Source of the DNA: Gnetum montanum
Taxonomy: Eukaryota > Plantae > Gnetophyta
Direction: 5' to 3'
DNA length: 64,000 bases
Assembly: GCA_015680685.1 (NCBI GenBank)
Contig: MNCI01000529.1
Coordinates: 1,384 to 65,383, forward strand
Shown: piece by piece, positions 52,584 to 62,764 of the stretch
How positions within the stretch are numbered: the first letter of the stretch is position 1
How the letters are laid out: every line of letters starts with the position of its first letter
Notes under the pieces: generated by a model
Seen by the model: only the letters and a program-made list of their open reading frames with translations
Told to the model about the DNA's origin: nothing
Databases searched by the model: none
Position numbers and translations under genes: made by a program

Positions 52584-55500
52584 ATGGCACCGAAGGTGAG
52601 AGGAAAGAACACCAAATTGGCTAAAATTGATGAAGTACAAGGGAGTCTACAGCGTGCTTCGCAGCCCTTGGTCGAAGTGAGGGATGTCACTCCCTTGAAT
52701 TAGTAGGCCATCTCTTACTTACTCGTATTGCTTCCTGTGATATGCCCTTTTTTTGTTTATCTTTTTGCATCATCTGCGTAAACTAGAGTTTTTGGCTGTA
52801 GACCTCATATTAAAACGAGGGTTTAGACAATAGTATTGCATCTATCACCATTGTCTGAGACAAACCTTATACTATTACAAGGGTTTAGGCGATTTCGGTC
52901 GTATGGCTATAGCGTAATTTTGTAAATTTTCCTATAATTTAAGCATGCAATCGGAATCTAGGTGGTAACGTGTTTATTTTCTATACAGTATCATGATGAA
53001 ACCCATCCTCATCATTTTGGATATAGTCAGGGTTTTATGTTGTATAAACCCCATCGTACCCAATGTTCCTCCCCCTCAGACTCGGTTGCAATGGAAGGCT
53101 ATATGGTTTCGGAAGGGTGCGCTGGAGTTTTTGCAGTTTTTATTACATAATTACAGTATTATTATGTGGTTGCATTTGTCGGGCGACATGGATAGCACTA
53201 TTTTGGAACATCTGTTAGTCGGCTCTACGCAGGGTGTCCTGACTTTCCTGATAGACGGGGCTATTAATATTGGTCATCCTCAAGATCGCAAACTTAGTGC
53301 TAGAGGATTGAGGTGCTTAAGCTGGATCTGGGAGATGCCTAGATTTAGCTGTTATCATGCATATAATACTTTTTTCGTGGCTCATCATGTCTCAACTTAG
53401 TTTCACAATCCTCCAGGCACAGTGTATTATTCGGGCAGGTAAGTTGTTTTATTGGCGGTATTGTTATTATGTTTTGTAATGTCTAAATTTGTAAAGTGTA
53501 GGATACTAATGTGTTATATGATACAAGTTTTTCATCAACGAGAATGGATTAGTAGGCAATAATGATACATTGACCTGGACCGAAATGGCAATATATGAGT
53601 TTACGTCCACTAGCAATGTACGCGCCGATGTAATGGGGCACCACTCTTGAGTATCCCACCCACTATGCTGATTCTTTTAAAAATTGTCAGAATCTCAGTT
53701 TGTTACATGAGGAATGGAATTTGAACCCACCCCTCACTCTCGCGGACGTGCAAAGGAAGCTCCCTCCATTTCCTTTTCCATTTGGACCTGGTAAGGTTTC
53801 GTTGCTGCTACAGGATATTACATTTTTTTTTGTGTTTTGAAATGTTGCGTAACAGTGTTTTCGCTATCTTGACATGTGCTTTGTATTATCAATCAAGGAA
53901 TCCCAGGAGATTACCATCATGATTTCTGGCCATAAGGTGAACACCCTCCTCTTCCGTTATGGCGACATAAAGGAGGCACAACACTGGCTCGGCCACGCGG
54001 CAGCCCCAATTGTGTTGGTCACCAAGTTGCGGGAAGCGAGGCTGATGCATTTATTCCTGGCTGTAACCCCTGATGTCCCCGTAAGCGAAATGTTAACCCT
54101 GGTTAACTCCTTTAGCGAGGGGGCTTAATGTTTTTGCACGCGCTTGCATCACATGTGTGTAAACTTTGATATTGATCCTCAGCTATTTACTGACCTCTTC
54201 AACGTCCCCTCTGACGGTCTTCCCATAGAGGAGAAATTGAGGAGAAGCATCAAATGTCAGGAAGAGCTGGAGGAGTGGTTGGGGACTAAGAAGGAAACCA
54301 AGGGGATCCCTTGTGAAAAGATCAAATTAGAGGTCACCAAGACTATTTATCCCCTCTTCCTAGCCCGGGCTTTCCCCAAAACACTTTCACAGGGGAGGTT
54401 CTTTACTATAGAACAAGCCCATATTATGCAAGAGGTGATGGAGGAAGGGACCCAATTCGACTGGGCAAACTATTTTGCTGAGGGGTTATGCACCGAAATG
54501 GTTAGGCTCCGCCAAAAGCTCAAGTCTCATTTCAGTGTGCGCTTCGCCTTCTTCATAGCTTACCTCCGGCATTTTGCCGAATTTTTGGTTATCCAGAGGA
54601 ATGGGATCTGGGTGCTACATGACCGAGACCAGTTATCCAAACCTTGGATTTCTCATCTCTTCAGCACTACCCGATCATACGATCCTCCAGAGGAAATTGG
54701 GGAGTCGCTGTCTATAACGACTAGGGATTTTGCGGCACCTCGAATGCGGGGCCCTGACAGAGTAGCTGGGGCGCTTCCCACTTACACCGGTGATGCATCA
54801 CGAGGGAGGCATCTGGCTACAGAGATAGTAGATGTCTCAGTTTAGCATAAAAGGCCTTGCCTAACTGAGTCGCTTGTGGAACCAGCAAGTGGCATAGACA
54901 GAATTGTGCAAGTCAGGTTACAGTGGAGTAAACCTCCACCTGGTAAGCGTAAAGACATAGTGAAAGTTATGGCAATTATTGTATTACGCAGCTTTATTTA
55001 GGGTATTCTGAATCATTTAAATGTATTATGTGGCATGAACAGGGAGACCTACAGAGAGGTTGACCCCTGAAATAGAGGCAGTGGTATTACGGTGTGGAGA
55101 AGGGGCCCCAGTTTTGGAAGAGGAGGCCCCGACTATTAGAATAAGTGATGCACAAACCCTTGTGCGTGAAGAGAGAGAGGAGGCGGAAAATGTTGACACA
55201 CTCCCCACTGTAACAGGCAGAGGTAATCAATGTATTATAATTTTTAAGGAATTCTGTTAATAACTAGAAATTTTGACTCAATTACGCTACAGATGAAGGA
55301 GGTGAATCCCCGTCCGCCGTTGTAAGCAGAGTGTGGGAGGAATTCCCTGATAAGTTTGCCTTCATGGAAGGCGTTGTCAGTGATATGATCGAGCATCTCG
55401 AGTGCATCAATCCTAGGGCTAGTATGTTACGGCTATAGTATGCTTATTTTAGTATAAAATTATAATGTTTATTTACGTTTGACAATATTTGTTGTTAGGA

Positions 55501-56627
55501 GCTCGCCTTCAATGGGACCCTACGGAGGCCATTGACCTAGACACAGTCGAGCCCTCATCAGACGGCGCGGTCATGCCACACAAAATTTATGAGGAAATGC
55601 GTAAATGTGCATTACGCTCGACCCGCTTCTTGTGGGAGATTCAAAACGTCAATGAAGACCTCTAGAAGAGGCTGCATAGGTTAGAGAAGGAAAGGATGTC
55701 TTTGACCAAAGAGGTTGGAGACTTAAGATCACAATGTGAATTCCTTCAAGCACAAGGAACAGATGAAGAGGACTGGCCTATGGCTATTATTAACTACACT
55801 CGCTACTAGACCGTGGTCAGAAACAGCTACAAACCAGTCGTGAATTGGTGTAGCAAAGGATGCAAATGGAGCTCTTGGCTCATAAGAACCAGGATTGGAA
55901 GGACTTTTGTGCAAGTGTCCAAGAGTGGGGGCAGAAAGAAAATGATCATAAGCATCTGTATAAGTGAGAAAGTATCGCTTATCATCAGTAGTATCGAGAT
56001 TTTACCATTGAAGCTCAATCCTTGCGAGTGTTCCTCAATGTCATTGGTGCCTCTAAGGCCTTTGAGAAGTTCCAGGAGCAGGTGACGGTAAGCATGTCCC
56101 CGGAAAGGGAAATTACTCTTCCTGGGGAAGAGACTACAGTCCCTACTTTCTTCCCTAAACCACCCTGATGGACTAGTGTGGAGAAGGGGAAGGTAAAGGT
56201 TGGAACTAATCTGGGAGATGGAGTTTGGTCTGAGCTAACCGAGGACGAAATTATGCAACGCCTGTGGGTCAGTTTAGACCAACTCCCCTTTGCTGCGGAT
56301 GAAGGACCATCATGAGTAAGTTTGAATGTTATTGAATTTAAATTTTCTGATTTGTTTTATCATGGTTTTTGCATATGTATTTATTGTATGTAGGTACAAG
56401 GAGTGGATGAAGAAGGTGGACAGGATGAGGAACATGTTCAGGAAGAAGAGCATAATGCTGTAGACCGTCCTCTTGGGGAGCCAGTGTTAGTGTAAGAACC
56501 CTGTGAAGATGACATTCCTCATGAAGGAATACTCCCTAAAAGGGATGGCCCACTCAAGGATGATTTGTTAGGCTTAGAGGTGGACTTAAGGGATACTGGT
56601 GACAGCGGTACTAGGGGGGATGCGTAA
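52584..56627 (+). pseudogene. Antisense multi-exon accessory gene inside the Tat element (about 9 exons, about 1100 codons): FCP1/NIF-like HAD fold, plant-transposon-protein-like region, coiled coil, acidic tail
   Basis: GCAATGGCA start context. AT-rich introns of 70-110 nt at 52703-52801, 52901-52988, 53439-about 53526, 53791-about 53897, 54943-55042, 55223-55292, 55422-55498 and 56316-56393, with donors such as GTAAGT, GTAAGG, GTAAGC. Phases agree across introns 1, 2, 5, 6 and 7. Scattered stops of transition type. Confidence 0.8.
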
Positions 56628-57125
56628 TTGTGATTTACACATGATTTTATTGATGAAATTGAACAATGGCAATATGAATGTTGGTGAGATTACTCATGAG
56701 ATTTTGTTTATGGTTTTTTTTATTTATGTTATGTTTAACTTTATGTCTTTATTTATGCAAAGCGTAAAGAAAATTGTTAAAGACTTTGGATAGGTTGCAT
56801 TATTATGATTGTAGAATGGAGTAGCTAGTTTAAGGCCATTACGGGCCGTCACATAGCGTTTGCGTAAGATATAAATGAATGAATTTGCTAGTTTTAGGCC
56901 ATTGCGGGCCATCGCGTACATTTGGGAGTGTAATTGATAAAAATGTACATATCTGGGTAATTGTGCTAATATGACTAATAGAAGTCAAAAAGTGTAAATG
57001 GCGTAAAATGGAGAATGTAAATAGCATAATGGACAGCGTAAATATGTATGTATATTAAAGAAAACTGACAATTGACTTTGATAAGCGCAAGAAGAAAACT
57101 AGTAAAAGGGTAACGATGCGCGTAG

Positions 57126-60100
57126 TTACCACTCAGATCAATCGCTATCCCGCAATTGTTTCTTTATGGCTTTTACATTCAACGGTGTGTAAGGGTGAGG
57201 AGGCTTATGGCCTAACTCTTCCACATCATCCTCTTCTCCCTAAAATGGTAAGTCAGCCTAGGCTAGGTTGTCATCATTCATTTTGACTTGTTTGGGAATT
57301 CAGACATGGGTTTGATCTTCGGGTGTCTCAATCTCCGAACCCCGTTCTTCTTCGATGTTGTTCACAGTTCTAGGAGTTATTTCGTCACCTTGTATTACTA
57401 CCTCTCCCCCTGCATAAGGGAGGTGTATCTCTTGGTGTATTGGCGATGAAACTGCTCTTAGTTGGGCTAGCCAGGATCTCCCTAGAATCAGGTTGAAACC
57501 GGGCATCTCCTCGACAACGATGAATGTGGCGTCTGTTGGGAATTGGTCTCCTACCACAAAATTGATATGCAACGTCTCTTTAACTTGAACCTATGCCCCA
57601 TTGAATGAATTTAGGCACGATGTCATTGTAGGGCTGATCTGGTCGACCAGGCCCAACTTATCCACTATAGGATAAGGGATGACATTCGTAGCTGCACCAT
57701 TATCAATGTGCACCCTCTGGATCCGATGTTGATCAACCCGGATGGTGATGAACATGGGTTCTATCATTACTTGACCTTTCTCAGGATCATCTTTGATGGA
57801 TTCATCATGAAAGGTCAAAGGGGTTAGTTTAGGTTGCTTAGTGATGGGAGCAAGCATGACAGCATGTATCGCTTCCTCTTCCACTGGTAAGCCTTCATCC
57901 ACAGGTATGGATGTCAGCACACGGACCATAGCCTCACGGTGCTTTTGAGATGTCATAAGTAAGTCATAGAGGCTCAGCGTTGTGTTCTTCTGTTTCAAAG
58001 CCTACTTAACTTGTGTAAATGCATCAAGGAGGTCTCGTTCTCGACTGGGTTGCTTATCCCCTCTATCCTCTTCCATTCGCCCTAAGAGACGAATCTCTCG
58101 AGGTAGAATAACGTCAGTTAGAGGGTTTTGTTTCTTTCTGCCAAGGGGAGGTGGATGTGTTTCTGTACCCTTGTCTTGCCCACAAGGTATAGGCGCAGGG
58201 ACAAAGGCCAGGGGCCTCAGCTTAGCGAAGCCTAGTGTAGAGTGGTTTTTGATGGCATTAATTGACGCATCTCTTTCCTTTTTCTTATTGGGTGGCGATT
58301 GATGGTTTTGGTTAGAAGCTTTCCCCTTCATAAAAGGGGTAGCTAGTGGTTTTGGTACCCTAAGGATAAAAGGAACCTTAGGAGTGGGCGTGGATGTGGC
58401 CACAGCTTTATCGTTAACGTGAGACCGGGTTATGGCTGGAGAGGATGCTCGAATAACAAAGGGTGGCCTTGAGACACTACTAACTACTCGTGAAGAACTT
58501 GCCCCCTGGGGTGAACTGGTAGGCACACGTAAAACAAAGGGTTGTTTAGGCGGTACCTTCCCTTCACCGTCCGTACTTACCATGTTGATGGTGTAGGGTG
58601 CGTTATTTGCATTTAATGGGTCCTTATACACATGCAACACCTGGTTTTCGGGATGTGTTGGACAACTTCCATCTAGTTTCAGAGAACCATCGTCAATCAT
58701 GCATTGAATATCATCTTTCAATGCCCACCAATAATTAGTATCATGACCACACAACTGATGGTAGTCACAAAAACGGTCCAGCCTAAAAGACTTCGAAACT
58801 GGTGGTTCGTTAAGTAGGGCTAAAGAAGGATTCTTTAGCAATTCACAATGATGCCTGTGACGTTGCAGAGCTTCTTCGGATACCCTTTTATTCTGAATAT
58901 ATCCTACCCCTAATAATTGTTTCAACAGTTCCGAATGTTTTATAGGCAGGGCTGTGTATTTTGAGCAATCTTTACACTCGAAGTTTGGCTTTGACTGGGG
59001 GGCTTTTTGGGGGCAGGTGTGTCTTGGCCGGTGCTGCTTGCACTAGCCATGGTCTCGGCAGACGCTGTGGGTGCTTTCTTGTTATTCTTGTTTTTAGCAC
59101 CCTAAGCCAGCGTAGCTACTATCGTCGTTGTTACTTTACCCTTGTCTTTACCTTTATTATTGGCATTTTTATAGGCCACATACGTCGGGTCTTTACTAGC
59201 CTCAGCAGCATCTTGTACGCTCCTAGTTTGGGCGAAAGCCTGACTCAAGGAGGTAGGGGAAAGGTAATACAGTTTAGACTTGATGAAGTCATTGACTGCT
59301 CCTTTGAAAATAGCCAACAGATGGGCTTATGCGATAGGCTCATGAATTTCATTCAAAGTAGCACTCCATCGCTGTATAAACTTCTGGACTAGTTCAAGTG
59401 GGTCTTTCTTCACTTCCATGAGTTGATCTAGCGTGACTTCTAGCTTTAAATTGTACTTAAAGTGAGTCATGAATTGTGTTAGGAGCTCTTCCAAGGTTGA
59501 GATGGAAGAGCGAGGGAGCGCTCGATACTAGTCCAAAGCTTTCCTTGCCAGAGACATCGCAAAGACACGGATAATCGTATGAGGCCATTGTTGCAATAAC
59601 AAGGATTCAGACCTAAAGGTAACAAGGTGAGCATTAGGATCTCCTTCCCCATTATATTTAGTAAAATGGGGTAATGACATCCTTGGAGGCAACGACAACA
59701 TAGGAACCACTGGGCTGATAGGATCATCTTGGTAAAAATCCATGATTTGTATCGTATCAGAACCAGTAGCTTTAAGGTGCTTAACTTCCTCAGTGAGGGT
59801 CTAAATAAGCAAAAAAGCTTGATCCAGGCTTGTTGATGAAGAAGTGTATGTAGGAGGAGTAGGGGGAGTAGGGGGTTGGCCTAGAAGAGCAGTGCCAGAC
59901 AATGGGAATGGAGCGATGGCTTGGCTGACAGGGGGTGCCATGGGGACTATCCCCGCGGATGGAGCTGCTTGTGTAACCCACCACCCACCAGGTTGAGCAG
60001 AGAAATTGGCCATCGATGGTTGTGTAGGATGGAGATTGTAAGGATATTGTGAGGTTATCTGTGGGATATGCATGGTAGGTGCAACCTAGGGTTGCATACC

Positions 60101-60936
60101 GTATAACGTAGATTGATTATGTGTAATAGACGGGATCCACTGACCAGCCGTTGATTGTTGGATGGATCGCTGTGATTGAACGGTGGTTGCGATCTGTTGC
60201 CTTGCAATGGGTTGCACTGGATTTTGCACCAGGCGGGTTATAGGTGTGGTATGAGGTTGCACGTGGGGAATGAAATAAGGTGTGGTAGACACAGGTACCA
60301 TAGACGGAATACTGATTACACGCGACGATGAGATTGCCCCCATGTTATTTTGAGATGGTATCTGTACTTGCAAGACTGAGGATTACATAGTGGCCTCCGG
60401 GATGACAGGAATATGAGTTTGGATAGTCATGATTGAGTTGAGATGGGAGGCTTCTCCGGGGGATTTATGTATATATGGGGGCTGAGGGTATGATATGAAT
60501 CTATGTGTTTAGATTGGGTTGCGAATTCATCTTCCTCTTCTTCCCCATTTTGAGGTTCTAGAATGGACCGTGTAGTATGACTCCTAGCCATAACCAGTTG
60601 GGTCAAGAGTTCATGATAATACTCGGTCAGGGGGATAATGTCATACGTGGTAGGGGTGAAATCTTGGCCCCCTTTGTGGATCAGCTTATAATTTCATTTC
60701 GCCTCAATCTCAGCTCGGCTAAGGGAAAGTTTTGCCTGGATCTTGACGCAAATGAAATTATACTCTTCAGGAGTCATGACGGTGAATGCAGGATCCTTGC
60801 CCTGTAACCCCAACAAACGATGCGATGGCCCCTGAGGTCCTATTGCACCGGGAGCTGGTCCGGGAATGGGATTTACAGATGTGGCACCCGAGTCAGTGAT
60901 GATCATAGCGGCAATGGTTGCATATGTAGAATCCAT
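57126..60936 (-). pseudogene. gag-protease of the Tat element (disrupted)
   Basis: gag LPHFTKYNGEGDPNAHL (59528-59743); Tat-type knuckle FCDYHQLCGHDT (58002-58925); protease RVHIDNGAATNVIP and FNLILGRSWL (57300-57998); frame ends ..SEW* at 57126. Confidence 0.9.
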
Positions 60937-61150
60937 TTCTCAGATAAGTTAATGACAACAAAAGATAGAATCTAAAAGGTGACAACCAAACAGAATTATG
61001 ATTAGGCTTTTTACCCTGTAGGATTCCAAAGGAATCATTACTGTGACCAATCTACACCACACAATTTTTCGTAAACTTCCCTATAGGTATTACGTTTACG
61101 TTTTTATGGACGTGGGTATGGATCGCTTATAGGGCTACTCGTAAAAGATG

Positions 61151-61182
61151 GATCAGAGGTTCAGGCCCTCCTTCTAGTGCCA
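61151..61182 (-). promoter_or_regulatory. Primer-binding site complementary to the tRNA-Asn(GUU) 3' end
   Basis: Minus TGGCACTAGAAGGAGGGCC, 6 nt inside the 5' LTR end; plus strand matches the plant tRNA-Asn 3' end (..CCCTCCTTCTAGCGCCA, recalled from memory). Confidence 0.85.
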
Positions 61183-61188
61183 GAAAAT

Positions 61189-62759
61189 TGTAACGATGAA
61201 AAACGTCAGTCACTAGAAAATACCAAACGAAAATCCATGTACACAGTCTTAACCACGGATCCGTGCGAAGGTCGTGTTGGAGAAAATGAATTCGAGGTTT
61301 AGGGTTTTTTCAATCAGACAGGGACTTACTCAATTAGTAAATTGACGAATATCGTGATAATATGTGTATTATATAGATATACCACGAAACAAACCGATCC
61401 AATGAATCGTAAGAGAAGTAGAAAACGATGTAAATAAATTGAAACAATGACAACGTCGACGCGATAGGGAGGATGAAATTTAGGAAATTGCGCAATTCCA
61501 AGATCTATGTTTTGGCTCGAAAAATGAGTATATCATATACAAGGTTCCAATAGCAAACTCCTCTTATCTTGTGTGAAGTATATACAAAATAACAAGAAAA
61601 CTGTTCAACAAGGAGTACAAAATGAAGCTCGGTCTACCTCGTAAGCTAAGGATGGGATGCAAGGAAGGTCAAGCCTGGATGTCTATCAATCAACTATTTC
61701 TGATCAATAAACTTTGCCAACCGCACCAGATGATCTCTCGATCTCCAATCTGCTCCTTTCGCCTTCAGTAGTTTTTGCTCAAAGTTGCTAATGATTGCCA
61801 ATGGAGAGAAGTATATTTTCGTCAAAAGACTGATCGCTCCTGATGCCAATGCTCAACAATGTCTTCTGTCTCTGCTAAAAGATAATGCTGCCCAAAAAGA
61901 TGATGAAGATCTACTGATTCACCCCCTGAAGATCCTTTCTTTCTTCGCCAACTGGAGTATTTATAGGTTCGGTAGTACGTGTAGAGGGCACAGCCCTGAT
62001 GACACGTGTCTCAAACTTTCATAATGTTATTGACTTGGCAAACTTTGTGTTGAAACTGGTTAACCACCCCTGCTGAAGTCGTCTCATGATTACGCTACGA
62101 TACGCTGATGAGCGTATTGTGCGTATGGCTAACAGATGCGTGTCTGGTACTGCCTTAGTTGACTTTAAGCCGTATTACGCTCGTTTACGCTGCGTAGCAT
62201 GGAAGAGCGTAATAGAGCATAGAAGTAGTTACCTCAAGCTGTTCTATGCTCACTTACGCCACGAAGTGTAATAGAGCATCAAACATGGTCAACTTTACAA
62301 TAAGTTACGCTTGTTTACGCTGCGTAGTGTAATAAGCGTAAAGCGACCAATCTGCAAAAAGGAAGAAATCAATCTGCCACGCTTCTTTGGACTCTGACTT
62401 TAACTTTTTGGAAGCTCATTACGCAGCTCTGCGTAACGGAGCGTAAACTCAGCCTTGGACAAAAGACTTAGCGAACTATGCGACAAGTCTTAGACCTTAA
62501 ACTTCATCCAATTCGCCAAAGTAAGTTACTTTCTGATATCAGGCTATGTTCAACAGAGTTACGCTGAGTGACACTACACTATGTTGCGTAATGTAGCATA
62601 AAAAGAAAAAATAAAGTAAGGTTGAAATTTGTAGGAAGCTCGGAGACTTGATGTTGTGCGCTTCTTTGCCTTGTTCTGTCTTCTGGATTTTTTTCGCAAA
62701 CTTTCACCCGAATTATGAATCTTCACCTTAGGCCGATTTGCAATTTCCACTGTGTTTCA
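61189..62759 (-). repeat. 5' LTR of the Tat element (1571 bp)
   Basis: Direct repeat of 45367-46941; TATA (CTATAAATA on minus) near 61958-61966; adjacent to the PBS. Confidence 0.97.
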
Positions 62760-62764
62760 CCCTA

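Larger units (their letters stand above)
45367..62759 (-). mobile_element. Full-length Tat-clade (Ogre/Retand/TatI-type domain order) Ty3/Gypsy retrotransposon, 17.4 kb, inactivated by point mutations
   Basis: Paired LTRs 45367-46941 and 61189-62759 (TG...CA); perfect TSD CCCTA (45362-45366 and 62760-62764); PBS 61151-61182; PPT 46942-46953; gag-PR and RT-RH-aRH-INT on minus. Confidence 0.97.

Noticed and set aside
57982-60807. Plus-strand ORFs overlapping gag (57982, 58961, 60577)
   Set aside because: Antisense shadows of the gag frame, without splice signals or recognisable motifs.
61151-61182. tRNA-Asn gene
   Set aside because: Only the 3' 32 nt with encoded CCA, adjacent to an LTR; this is a PBS.
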